A stretch of DNA of 64,000 bases. It comes from Psammoneis japonica. Lineage: Eukaryota. Location of the stretch: assembly GCA_008632985.1 (NCBI GenBank), contig QPGO01000008.1, forward strand, positions 228,979-292,978, read 5' to 3'. The notes beneath the pieces were generated by a model. The model worked only from the letters and a program-made list of their open reading frames with translations, did not search any database and was not told where the DNA came from. The first letter of the stretch is position 1. Each line of letters opens with the position of its first letter. A program made the translations under genes and the position numbers. This document shows positions 47,116 through 59,440 of the stretch, one piece after another.

Positions 47116-48459
47116 ATGTCACGACGAGGAGGAATCTTTACGTTTCGAGATATCGATGAAAATGGCGGTGCCTTTTCTGCGTCATCATCAGATTCAGGAG
47201 CCAACACCAACACACCGGCAGCTTCTCTGGAAAACATCACTTCTCAGAACGGATACAAGGACTGTCCTCCCATGACGATTCGCCATATTCCTCACTTACC
47301 TCAAGCAAACGAGGCACTGTCAATGTTACGTCGAATCCACTCCGAGTTTTATCCCATTATTCAACGCCGTGGATACCGTGTTCTTCTTCTCGCAGAGATG
47401 TGCTGCTGCGGAGATGGAAATGATTACGAGCCCAATGGCAATCGCTCCAACAAGAGAAAAAAACGATCCTTTCACAACAACGTGTTGGGGTACAATGCTT
47501 CTCGTGGTGGCGTCTCGGAAATTCGTATCCGGTTGAGACATGGAGACAATCACAATCGCTTCTTTTCGTACGAAGAAATTGCCGGCACCATGTCACATGA
47601 GCTAGCTCACTGCCGACATGGCGCTCACAGTGCACAGTTTTACAAATTAATGGATGAAATACAAGAACAGCATGCCGTGTTTCAAGTCAAGGGTATTGTA
47701 GCGGATAACGGGGGGTTCCCGCTCAATTCAAGACAAGCGCATGTCTTGGGTTCGTCCAACGCCTCAAACAAGAAGAAAAACGGTCCACTCGAGGCGGCGC
47801 TGGCGAGACAACGTCAGGCCAAGAGTATTCCACCGCCACAGCGGTTGGGTGGGAAAAAGACTAGAATGCCACCTCGACGAGCGGCAGCCATGGCGGCGGA
47901 AGCGAGGCGTCTACGAGATGAACAATGGTGTCAGCCGTGCCAAGATTATAGTGATGATGATGATGATGATGATGATGTAGAAGTACTAGCAGGTGACGAC
48001 AAAAAGAGGAAGCAACCATCCAATAAACAGAACTCAAAGCGTCAGACAGAAGTGATATTGCTTGATGATGATAACGACGACGAAGAGACGCCAGAGCGAG
48101 AAACAAAGCCATCTGCGGTAGAGTGCATTGATTTGACAGAGAGCGAGAATGCATCCCCATCGTCGAAGCCCTTTGCATCGAAAGCTACCAGTACCGCATC
48201 GTCTGCTGCACCCGACTCGGTATCGAATGATGACATGACATGGTCTTGTCCTACATGCACTCTTGTCAATAATTTCCCAGTGTTGGTATGTTGTGCGTGT
48301 CAGTCGACGCTTCAAAATAATGACAATGCAACACACGACCTTGTTCAAGAGATGCATCTCAAGGAAAACGAGGTACAGCAGTCTCGGGAGGACTTTGGTG
48401 GATTCAACATCTACAAATCATCGAAACGAACGTCCTCAACGATGGATCACTTGACGTGA
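47116..48459 (+). CDS. WSS1: WLM-domain metalloprotease (Wss1-like) with a RanBP2-type zinc finger and SIM-like motifs
   Basis: LGYN, IRIRLR, HELAHCRHGAHSAQFY and WSCPTCTLVN...C.AC motifs; VILLDD and CIDLTE are SIM-like. Confidence 0.85.
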   Translation: MSRRGGIFTFRDIDENGGAFSASSSDSGANTNTPAASLENITSQNGYKDCPPMTIRHIPHLPQANEALSMLRRIHSEFYPIIQRRGYRVLLLAEMCCCGDGNDYEPNGNRSNKRKKRSFHNNVLGYNASRGGVSEIRIRLRHGDNHNRFFSYEEIAGTMSHELAHCRHGAHSAQFYKLMDEIQEQHAVFQVKGIVADNGGFPLNSRQAHVLGSSNASNKKKNGPLEAALARQRQAKSIPPPQRLGGKKTRMPPRRAAAMAAEARRLRDEQWCQPCQDYSDDDDDDDDVEVLAGDDKKRKQPSNKQNSKRQTEVILLDDDNDDEETPERETKPSAVECIDLTESENASPSSKPFASKATSTASSAAPDSVSNDDMTWSCPTCTLVNNFPVLVCCACQSTLQNNDNATHDLVQEMHLKENEVQQSREDFGGFNIYKSSKRTSSTMDHLT

Positions 48460-48624
48460 GAGTCTTACAGTAGTCTGAACTAACTGGTTACGTCAGCAAT
48501 GTTCATGATTGATATGTTTTGCCTTGGTTTTCCAACCACTCGAAACAAGGATAATTCTATCTAGAAATACAATCGTAACGTGATCATATAATATGCAGTC
48601 TATTGCTACTTGCACTGGTCTACA

Positions 48625-49687
48625 CTACAGTAATGTAAATAGAATCGAAATCCCAGCTACCAGCATCGCCGTGACCGTTGAACTCAGCATGGGACGTGTT
48701 GTGTACCCCGAGGACTCGTTGTTATTGAAGAAATCCGCTGTCTTCGATGGTGCCAATGTCGGTACCGGTGTTTGCGTTGGACTGTCCGTTGGTTCCACAG
48801 AAGGGGACGAAGACGGTTGAATTGAAGGGGACTTTGTGGGCTCTATCGTCGGTGAATCTGACGGTGAAAGGGTAGGTTCCTGTGACGGTGAAGCTGTAGG
48901 GCTATCTGTCGGAGAAGCAGAAGGTGAAAGAGAAGGTTCGTGGGAAGGTGACATTGTAGGGCTATCTGTCGGAGAAAAGGATGGCGCGGCTGTAATCGTA
49001 GGAGCGTTTGTCGGTGAAGGACAGTCCACGCGTGACTCCGCAATGAAATCCTGACTTTGTGGAATACAGTTTGGATCGAAGTCACCACCTCCTCCACAAA
49101 ACATTTCCAATACATCCAAGCTACGGTCATTTCGAAGGGGAGACCAGCATAGAGTTTGGTCGAATGCTGCGGCATTGTAAAACATTCGACCAAAGTCCAT
49201 AGCCCGTTCAAGATTCCAATTCGAAGGTCGTGGTTAAAAGAGACAGCCGTATCAAACATTTGTACTGTCGACAAGGCGCGAGAAGTATTCCATCCCGAAA
49301 TGTCGCTGTTGAAGCTCACTGCCCCTTGAAACATTCCATCAAACCTTTCAACCTTTGAAACATTCCAGCGACCTAAATCTTGATTAAATGACGTGCGTAC
49401 CGAAACATGTTTTGCATGTCCATGACGTTGTGAACACGCCACCCTGAAATATCATCATTGAAGCTCTGAGCCTGTGGGAAGACATCTAAAGCATCGAACA
49501 AGCCATTCATGGAAGTAATATTGGACGTGTCCCAGTTGCTAATGTCGCCATACCTGGCCAACGCTGTGGCCCGATCGATAACCCACAGACGAGCGGCATT
49601 GTGGATGTTTCCTTGCCGGAGTGGCATAAACTGCGCAGAACTCAAACTGATGCCAGCAATCAAGAGAATCTGACTTAAGAAGAACAT
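48625..49687 (-). CDS. DUF285/BspA-like surface protein with Pro/Thr/Ser stalk and hydrophobic C-terminus; frameshifted
   Basis: YGDISNWDTSNITSMNGLF and FN.DISGW repeats, a signal peptide and SPTDSPT repeats. Confidence 0.8.
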
Positions 49688-51219
49688 TCTTTCTTATTGT
49701 AAAAGAGCTCTTTGTATTGTTGCGTTTTTGTGGTCGTCTTTTGGATAGCAGTTTGGATGCAGCATGATTGATTTGCATCCGCGGTTTTGGTCACGGCGGG
49801 AATCACATCCGTGACTGGCTTGGTACTTTCGTGACATATCATTCAACGTAGAAAACGCGACTACTTCATGCATCCAAACGCTGCACAGGCACTACCACAC
49901 CTGCTCTACTAACTCTCTGAGAGAGTAGATAGTAGCTATCTAGTAGTAGAGCTAGGAGTATTTCTCTAGAGAGTAGAGCATGGTTAATGTACACCAAGTT
50001 ACACACCCACTGTGTGTTTTCGTCCTGTTAGTAGTAGTCTTCCTCGTGTCTGGCAAGTTGAGCACATCCAGCGGTCGGTAATGTACAAGTAAATGAATTG
50101 CTCCCTTGTTTGTTGAACCAAGAGTTACTCATTGAATTCAAACAAGCAAGAGTCACCGCAGAGTGTCCTGCGTATGTATTCGTTTTATCATCATGATTTA
50201 CGACTAGGTAGCACAGTCAAGCCGCCTTAATCTTTCACAAAATAAACCTGTTGCAGACTGCGGCGGGTCCATCAAAGAAAGGAATGCCGTGGGTGCCGCA
50301 GGCGCTGCTGTCTACGTGCGCTCCGAGCTTCTTACATGCACTCGAACAACGGGATTGGAATAACCCTCTTCACCGACTAGTACTTCTACTTCACCACACC
50401 AGTGTCACCAGTTGGGCTAACGTCGGTCATTTCTTGGAGGTGTCAACCACAAGGATTCGCTCTAGAGAATGTTCGTAGACTGCCTCCGGCTACGGCTTGT
50501 GGTAGACGGACCCGTAAGGTACAAACAACATCCTGCCGATGAAACTCAAACGAGATGAGAACTACTTGCCCAGCCGATTCTCATCATTGGCGCCCCTGGG
50601 ACGCCCGCTGCGGCGGAAACCTAGCATTTTTTACTCTCGATCTCCTTCAATCAAGAACCAGTTACTGCAGTGGCTTTATACCACGCTTGCAGATGCTAGT
50701 GCTTGCATCTATTACGTGTAGCATACCAAGATACACTTTCCTAGATGCATCCAACTCTCTACGAGTACGCAGGATTCTGGAGAAGAACAACTGTTACTGT
50801 AGACGAGCGCAGCATACCGTAGCTTACGAGCTTTGTATTTTCTTGACACCTCTGTTGTGTTCTATCAGCAAAAGCGCTTTCGGCAGAGGGTAGTCTTCTC
50901 TGGAGTGGAGATGTAAATGGGGGTCGCGAGCAACAGGGCATCGGTACGGTAGTTCTGGTCGAAGGAGGTGTAGCGTCCTGTTCTAGTTGTAGGAGGTCCA
51001 ATTCTCTTTTGGGGAATACCACCCACTTGTCAGCTGCCGTGCCCTGGGCAAAAATTGCCCCACTTTGGGCCGCTCCAGTTCGCACCAGGCGTTACTTCAG
51101 AGATATAAATTCTGCGGCCGAGAAGTGGAGGAGGAAGGCATAAAGGCTTAACGGAGCACAGAGACAAGAAGGCGACTCGCGTGTCACAGCACTCTGACAA
51201 ATCAGCCGCGCGCCTTTGA

Positions 51220-52033
51220 TTTATATGAAAGCGTCCTTATCGAACGTACGGGCAGGTGTTGCGAAGTGTCTCGTCGTCGAGAGCATCCAGCGTGAACTCC
51301 GCCAAATCCGCAAAAGTGATGGAGTGTAGGTACGGGAGGGGCGGCCAATAAAGAGACCATACAACCTTCTTGGTATGAGGACCATCCACAAGCACTCCAG
51401 CACGTGTCACAATAAAGTCATAACAGGCAGACTCATCATGTTGCTCTTGAATGTATCGAATCGCAGAGTTGTTATCCGCAATCTTTGACAGAATTGAGAG
51501 CTTTCTCCCAACGGTATGTTTCGCCAGAAACGACAAGGGGTGCATGTGTCCACGGCCATCCGCAGACATGGCACCAGCCTATTATCAAAAACGATAAGAA
51601 GAGGTGGGATCAGAGACCATAGGCAATTGGTTGCGAATAGTAGCACAGTACAGGTACCTCGAGAGCGTACCTGATAGAGCAAAAGCTTCGGCTTGGTTTC
51701 TCTCAGAATTGAGTGGAGCGACTTGATAAAATTTCCATAAAGCCATGCTGGTAAGATGAATCATTTCCAGGGATAGCCACCATACAACGACATGGGTTGC
51801 CCCCGACACGACCTCTCGAAGCTTGTCAGTCTCCTCCAAGGAACCTTGCACGACAAATAATTCTGCAACTTCGGCTGGATTTTCCCAATCACATCCTCTA
51901 GTTTCTTGATGTCTCGAACCAACACCCGGACAGAATAGCCTTTTCCAAGTGATAACTTGAGGAATTCCCGCCCTGTTTTACCAGTAGCGCCAAATAAAGC
52001 AATCGTTCGGGTCTTTTCCTTGCCGTCGCTCAT
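51220..52033 (-). CDS. NAD(P)-binding Rossmann protein (flavin reductase/BVR-B-like); frameshifted
   Basis: IALFGATGKTG, VRVLVRD, FIVTRAG and ITFADLA motifs spread over several frames. Confidence 0.7.
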
Positions 52034-52348
52034 GGTTGCTCAAAGATGCCACGTCCAACTAACATGATGGCTCATGGCTCATCGGTCTTCGGCCCAACCA
52101 AATCAGTATAATTTCCTTCAATGCCATATACATTTTTAATTAGCTGTATTTTTATGATCAGAGTTGAAGAAATAAAAAACAAAAATTTGAATTTTTTCTC
52201 CTGCAAAATAACCGTCACTTTGCTGAAGCTGTCATCACACTCCAACTCGCTCATCGCAATCATCACACACCATGCTCAAAGGAGAAGAACCTGCATCCGT
52301 TCAACGCAAGGAGTAATCAAAAATTATTGTCTCTGTCGATTCTGCAAC

Positions 52349-55300
52349 ATGGCGAAGAAGACGAAAGGCTCGCAGTCCTCTCTGACAGACGTTGTCACGA
52401 ATCAATTCAACAAGCATCAGCAGGGTGAAAAGACAGGTCGACGTGGCGGCAATGCTGTTAGTTTCAAACTCGAGTTACCCAGCTACGCGAACAGCTATCC
52501 AACGTCATGCTAGAAAAGGACTTGTCGGAGCTCTCGTTAGACGAAGCTCAGGGAACAAGCCAATACGAGGAGGCTCGTGACGAAGTGGTATCCGCCGTTT
52601 TAACATGCATCGACGCGTGCATGGTAGCTGCACATGAAGGAGCGTCAACAGAAGCTCTGGACTCTATTCAACGTGTCTTTGACTTGGCTGCTTGCTTGGC
52701 TTGTGAAACTGGAGACGGGAGTTTGGCACTTGCCGTTTGCAATCGCGTTATTGAATTCTCAAGCGTAGTGTCGGAGCGAGTACGAAGCCAAGCTTGCAAG
52801 CTTCTCGGGGCATGCATCCCCTTCTTGGTAGCGTCGAACGAGATTCTCCTTACAACTAAGATTCCCAGCAAGTCCTTCTTATCTAATACCGAGGATGATA
52901 CCTGGAGAAACGAGTGCCTCGAAGCTGTGGAAAAGACGCTCGTTGCAAGATTGGCAGATAAGAGCCAAGCTGTGCGGCAAGCCGCCATTGAAAGCTGTGC
53001 TTCGTTTGCCGGATGCAGCGTGTCTGTCAGGGATGGCTTGATCTGGAACATGTCTCATGATCCGTCTGTTGCCAATCGAATTGCTGCGCTAGCTTCTATT
53101 ACTATCTCGGAAGACACCTTGGATAGTGTAATTGATCGCGTTCGCGACGTCAAGGTCAAAGTGCGCGTCCAAGCTCTCGAAGTACTTGCTTCCAACAAAA
53201 CGTCAAGGAGATGACTCCAGAGCAATGTGCTGAACTCGTTCGCTTTGGACTTACAGATAGGTATGTGTACTGAAACTTGTGGCGCGCATTTCTACTTCTA
53301 TCTAAATTGGTATCTAACGCTTATGATCATTATTCAATCGAGTAGGTGTGAGGCGACGTGGGAAGCCGCAACCAGAATGATCAGTTCTTCCTGGATGAAG
53401 GCCTTCAAGTTTGACCCTGTCGGACTTATTGATTTTGTCAGACCCACCATTCACGAAACAGAGTGCGAAAAGATTGCTCGCGCCATTATTGATGCGGCGT
53501 CTGACGCTAGCTCTGCCTCCGTCTTGAGCGAATTGAGTAATCCGGAGATTCGCGCCTTTTGCGATGGAGTCACGCGGGCTGGAGCTGTATCCGTTACAAG
53601 CGATTCCAGTGACTTGTTGAGTGCAGGCCAACTCCTGTTTGCACGCGTCAAGTGCGTTCGGGCCGGGAGTCTGTCGGTGAAAGAACAAGCAGAAGTAGCT
53701 GGAAAGGTGGTGCCTGACCTTCCTGCTCTTTGCGACGTTTTCAACAAATACCTAGTACTTTTAGTGGAGTCCCTTAATCGTGAAGAAGCAAGTGAAATTG
53801 GCGAAGAGATTGAGGCTATGGAAGACGACCTATGCTTCATCTGCATGCAACTTCTTCAGCTTGCGAGGCTTTCCGATAATCTCAAGGAAGAAGGTAGCCG
53901 TCGCTATTTCATCAATGCGATGAACGATGCGCTTTCGTCGATGGATACACCAGACGATTTATTGGAAGGCGTTATTCTTGCCATGGCGTGTGCAACTGAA
54001 AGCGAATCCTACTTCCTTCAAAAAATGTCAGAAATTCTGGCCGATCTATCGGAGTCGTCGGAATCCGAAGAAGAAGACCAAGAGATTCTCCCCTCTCGCC
54101 ATCTTCGCATCGTTTCAATTCTTGCAATCGTGCTTGAACGTACTTCATCCAAGATGGCTTCAAACCCAATTCTCACCTCTTTCGCTGGGTACATTCTTTC
54201 GGCCGTCACCAGCAGAGATGCAATGGTGCGGGAAGCTGGTGTAAGCTGCATGGGAAAGTATGCTTTACTATCCGAGGAGGAGGTTGTCAAGGCGGAGATC
54301 AAACCGCTGTTGCTTGAGGTGGCAGCTAATGAGAGTGAGAAAATTGAAATACGTGGACAGGCAACCCTGGCCTTTTGCGACTTGTCTCTTCTGTTCAGTG
54401 GCATGTTAGTGGAGGCCAACGACGACGACTCATCGACCTCATTTGCAGGCATCATTGGCGACATGATGCACCACGACAAACCTGCTGTTGTTGCTGTTGC
54501 AGCAGAAGTTGCCTCGAAACTCCTTTTTGCTGGAAAGCTTAACGATCCTAGTCTTGTCGCTGGGCTTCTCTTGATCTTTTTCCATCCGGACTTGTGCGCG
54601 CTTGCATCTACTTGTGACGAGGAAATGGATGAAGTCGCAGAAGTGGGAAGTCTCGTCCGACTCCAGCAGTTATTGACTCTGTTCTTTCCATCGTACAGTA
54701 TGAAGAGTCGACAAGGACGTGAAACGCTTGTGAACTCTGTGGAGACACTTCTTGAGCTTGTGAATAAATATCAATCACGAAAGGTCAAGAAACGTAAGAG
54801 TCTAACTTGGCCGATTGCCAAAATGATCGAATACATCGGATCTACTGTTGAGATGGGCCGTCAACACGCCCAGTCGGAAGAACAGAGCGCCTCCGTATCA
54901 TCACCCAACGACGATGATTCAAACCTAAACGAATTCAGTGGCGTTCGCGTTGCCAAGTATTTTGACGGGGATTTGTGCTTTGGGACTGTTCTTGAAGTGA
55001 AGCCCGGAGCGGATAGGGCTAAGGTCTGGCAAGTCAAGTTCGATGATGGAAGAGAGGCAGACATTGGTGAAGGCGAGCTGAACCTCCTTATGGAATTGCA
55101 TGCAGACGAGAAACAACATGATCGGGATGGTCTTGATGACGAAGTTAGCCAGGAAGGGACTCTCGACAGCCAAGATGATGAAACTGTGATAAGTATTGTC
55201 ACGGAAAGTAGTTACGCCGCATCCATTTTGTGCGCCGTGGCAAATTTTCTCTCTTCAGAGAGCAACAATTTGTCTTTGACGTATCTCCGTGCGCTTTGCA

Positions 55301-55659
55301 AGGTGCTTGGCAGTACCCATGTCGACTTTGATACAGCTGAACCATCATATCTTTCACTGCTTAAACGCGGTGTTGATGAACTAAGCATGCTTCTCTCAGA
55401 TGCAACAGCCTTGAGAGCTATTGGCAAACTCCAAGACACCTTGGACGAAGTCGAAAGTGCAGATGAAGAGGAACTCAGCGAGGACGAAGACGAATCGCTG
55501 GCGGAGGCTCTTGAAGCTGTTGATCTAAACGAATCTGAAGGGCTTGAACATGACGACAAGGAAAACAAAGTCGATGAGTCGAGGTCTGTCGATAAGAGTG
55601 CTCATTATCCCACTCCATCTTTGGCGGCGGGTCCCTTGGATCCTGTCGATGATGAATAA
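52349..55659 (+). CDS. NCAPG: Condensin I HEAT subunit CAP-G/Ycg1
   Basis: RLADKSQAVRQAA, MSHDPSVANR, RVRDVKVKVR, EEGSRR and RLQQLLTLFFPSY motifs. Intron at 53261-53345; frameshifts near 52430-52510 and 53205. Confidence 0.85.
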
Positions 55660-56667
55660 TTGATATGAAGAAAGGGGCATCTTCAATATTTTGTCTTCCT
55701 AGAAGTACTAGTTATACATACTGTAGCATTTGTAGTAACGAGTCTCATAGAGAGCCCTCAACAGGGCTTCTCTACCTGTATCAGCTGGCCTACCAATCAT
55801 AATGTAGCCCTCCAAACAGAATTGTATTGCAGCACGCGCTACTCTGACAAGTACTCAACTTCGAATTCTGTGTTTCAGTAGCTAAAGGTAGTCGTAAATC
55901 ATACATACTCTTATGTATAAAGCAGAACAGCCAAGCCCTACACGGGTTGCACTGCGAATTGCAATAGTCGACTTCTTAAATCTCTGGCTCTTTTACTAGT
56001 CGTACCCAACAAAACTTTTGGCGGGTTTCTACTAACTCCTCTAAAGATTCTCTCTACAGTAGCTAGAAGTAGAGAGAATGATCTTGTCCTCCGGTTCTCT
56101 CGCTCTCTCTCTAGTAGCAAGCTATCATAATATCTAGGGCCCTAGTAGCCCGACCCTCTCTGCTCGAGAAAGATCGCAACCACAGCACAGCAGCTACTTA
56201 TTCTACTCGGGCCCTACCAGTAGCTCGGGCTACTTCGTTGCTAGCTAGAGTAGCCCCCAGCTACTAGACTAGAGAGTACTGTAGAGAGATAGAGAGTGTG
56301 TTTTCGGTAAAATTGAGAACTCAACGTCTCGTCCATTCATGCGAGCACGAATGCAGTGAATCTATTCATTTAGTAGTTTTTTTGGAATAGTACCAGGTAG
56401 TAGAAGTACATTCCGCCGATACTGCAGAAAACATCCAAAGATAGATATTCGTTCGAATGATACTGTACAGTAGAACCGATAGCTATGTTTACTTTTATAT
56501 TTCAATGAAATAAATTAAAATTCAAATAATTTTTTGAAAAGTACTTTTGACCCGATATAAAGGGAGTTACGCGTTGCAGCGCTGCATTGGGCTAAACGCC
56601 CGTCACAAATTTGCTTTCGTTTTTCTCACAATCCGTGAAAAACCAAAACTGGACTGACAAGACGAGC

Positions 56668-57189
56668 ATGACCATGACAGAAGAACCGTGTCAAGCAATC
56701 GAGAGGCCATACCATGATTTGACAGAAGAAACGAGGGAGGAAGAATCGATGTCGATTTCAGGCATGACGCTGTCGGACACTGGGACTCGAAATGTATCTT
56801 GTGATGAGTTTTTCGACGAAGCAACCAGTAGCTTAATTGAATCCGAGCAGTGTCTTCTAACTACAAATGTAGGTACATATTCCTTTGATGAGAATGAGGA
56901 ACAAAATACTGAATTGGATGGGGCATTAAGAGAAGCACCGCCGAGAAGTCAGCATGACCAAAATCAAAACCTTTCATTGGGCAACATCTTGGAGCTTGAC
57001 AGCCGCAACAGGATCATCTCATGCGATGGATCCGATTTAAGTGGGAGCCTTGCTGGAGAACTGAAGCCAATGCAAGAAATTTATGTGATTGTGGGCAAGA
57101 GCACGCATTCCTTTGCTGTGAAAGATAGTGCCAGGGAGGTCCGCAACCAGAAAGGGAACAAGAGGGTAAAAGTATCTTTTGAAGATTGA
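56668..57189 (+). CDS. Hypothetical acidic protein
   Basis: Open frame of about 170 aa from the first ATG; no recognisable domain. Confidence 0.4.
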   Translation: MTMTEEPCQAIERPYHDLTEETREEESMSISGMTLSDTGTRNVSCDEFFDEATSSLIESEQCLLTTNVGTYSFDENEEQNTELDGALREAPPRSQHDQNQNLSLGNILELDSRNRIISCDGSDLSGSLAGELKPMQEIYVIVGKSTHSFAVKDSAREVRNQKGNKRVKVSFED

Positions 57190-57869
57190 TTCCAAAATAG
57201 TTATGGAAGTGTGATCAGCAAGTACAAGAACTAAATTCGAAAACAATGGATCTATATCAAGTGCTATTGGTTTGCAAGTATCTTAGATTTGCCGCCACGG
57301 ACATGTCGCGTGTCAAAATCATGATGTTGGGTAATGCGTCCGGAACATCAGGGTTTGCTTCTACAAAATAGCCGGAACCTCCCTCTCTCCCTGTTGAAAT
57401 TTCTATCATAATCTGTCTCTCTTGAATGAATGAATGACTTAAAGATACTCTCTCTCTCTCTTTCTCTCTCTCAGGATCTCTCCTCGCCGCGCCGCTCCGT
57501 GTCACTGTTACTCCGTATAACCTGGCAAGCGTTCAGATTCGTATGTGACTTTTGATTTTTTGGAGCGGACGCGGGAAAGCAATCTTTTTATCATACCTAC
57601 ATCATGAAGATCGAATACTGTAGTCGGATCTAACACCCGAATGCATGCTAGTACTACTGTACACACAGTAGTAGTCTACATACACAACATTGTATCTAAA
57701 TGTCTAAGACGAAAACAGAAAATACATAAAACTCCGAACATTAATACACATAATGATTGTGCATAACGGATGGACTCAACGCGCTCAACGCTCACATTTC
57801 TCTCAGCCAACGCATGCATGCGCTCTCTGTCACATTATTTTCTCTCATGCATACTTTTTGCAGGTGTAA

Positions 57870-59159
57870 ATGAGACAACTTTCAAGAGCGGCAAGACAGA
57901 GGCTTAGGGCTTCGCTACCACCACCAGAAGAACTGGTTTATACGGACAGCAGCCTGTCGTATGACGACAGCGACAGCGACAGCACCTTCTCCGCTGAACC
58001 CGATGATGAAAATTATCTGGATGAACATGGGGATAACGTTGTCGAGTTGCCCTTCTCAACCGGTAATAAGGGAATCAGGATATTCATGATAGGCAGCGAT
58101 ATATCTTCCACCGAATCGGGTAGTATAGTATCCTTGTCCAAAACAGCATGTACGTCAAAAAGCGTGTGCTTCGACGATAGAGTTCACCTCATCGACGACA
58201 ACAAAGTAGTTTCATTACATGACAAAATGTTGACATTTCCTGGTAGCTACACAGATGAGAACAATGGTCGACCTTCGATTGAGATATCAGCAGACGGTAA
58301 GAATCACCTTGTTGTGTCATCAAAAGAGACAGACGAGGCTTCTTCCCGGTCAATCACACGTAACGTTGAAAGTGTTGACGTAGTTTCATGCAGCTCTCCC
58401 TTGTCGAGTTTCCAAGACAAAAACGGAAAAGAGTCGTCTATATTCGATGATAGTTGGACTGATAAAAATGATGGTCCTTCAATTGAAGTCTCCAACGAAA
58501 CTGGAAAACATCGTATTGTTTCTTCTCACTACGAACCGACACTCTATGATGTAAACAAACGTACCATTGAAAGCGATGATGTCATCAAAAACAAAAAGAA
58601 GTTCCGTAGCTTTTCTAAGAAGAAGAAAAATGGACTCATCAAAGAAAGCTGGAAAGATGAACACGAAGTCGGGCCAGCTATCGAAGTTTCCCCAAAAGGA
58701 AAGAGCGATGTCATCGAGTCATCCCATCCCGACAAACCGACATACTTCGACATGAACAAACGGCATGTTGACAGCACTCATCTAGTGACAAGGAAAAAAA
58801 CTCTCTCTCTCCACCGAAATAGAAAAGCCAGGACTCGCCGAGAAAGCTGGATTGATGAGAATGAGCTGGTGCCATGTATCGAGGTTTGTAAAAAGGGAAG
58901 AAAAAGCATTATTGTCGCCTCTCACGCTGCGTCGCCGACATATTTTGAAATGAACAAAAGAGAAATAGAAAGTATCCACGTTGTCAAGATGAGGAATCGC
59001 TTATTAGCCTTTCGGCGCAAGAGGAAAAAACAGAATCGGCCCGACGAGGAAGATCGTGAAGCTGATGCAAGGATCATACGTGCTTCGGATGAAGCTCGAG
59101 ATTGTCATGATGATGCATATTGTGGCATGCATGATCTGGCTCTATGTGGAGCTTTCTAA
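57870..59159 (+). CDS. Hypothetical protein with four ~60-aa internal repeats
   Basis: The pattern (W/Y).DE..GP.IEVS..GK..IV.SH..PTYFDMNKR.IES..V occurs four times. A possible splice acceptor at 57863 suggests an upstream exon. Confidence 0.7.
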   Translation: MRQLSRAARQRLRASLPPPEELVYTDSSLSYDDSDSDSTFSAEPDDENYLDEHGDNVVELPFSTGNKGIRIFMIGSDISSTESGSIVSLSKTACTSKSVCFDDRVHLIDDNKVVSLHDKMLTFPGSYTDENNGRPSIEISADGKNHLVVSSKETDEASSRSITRNVESVDVVSCSSPLSSFQDKNGKESSIFDDSWTDKNDGPSIEVSNETGKHRIVSSHYEPTLYDVNKRTIESDDVIKNKKKFRSFSKKKKNGLIKESWKDEHEVGPAIEVSPKGKSDVIESSHPDKPTYFDMNKRHVDSTHLVTRKKTLSLHRNRKARTRRESWIDENELVPCIEVCKKGRKSIIVASHAASPTYFEMNKREIESIHVVKMRNRLLAFRRKRKKQNRPDEEDREADARIIRASDEARDCHDDAYCGMHDLALCGAF

Positions 59160-59440
59160 CTACCCGAACATCCAAGGAAGACAATGAAATCGTCTTGTGA
59201 TCCATGATTTTGTACTACACATGGTAATTTTAGCGAAGGAGGATTATTACTTTTTGAACGGCATCGTTTTCATTGTGCCTCGAAGGTTCGCGCATTGCAA
59301 ATATTGGGAAGACTTAGCTGTTATTGCACACCTCAAATTAATACAGTTCAATACTGGCTGCTAGTATAGCCGGGGTTAGGCTTAACTCAAACTCCAATCA
59401 TTGTTTGGCTTTCAGAAAGCAAAGATACATTTCTGCGGCG

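Noticed and set aside
26910..48459. EEP nuclease or Wss1 as the effector of the hypermutation
   Set aside because: Only proximity supports this. Neither family is a deaminase or polymerase, and eukaryotic gene neighbourhood is weak evidence.
7416..57472. Microsatellites (GACA)n near 7416, (GAT)n near 47953 and (TC)n near 57449
   Set aside because: These are ordinary short simple repeats; the GAT run encodes poly-Asp.
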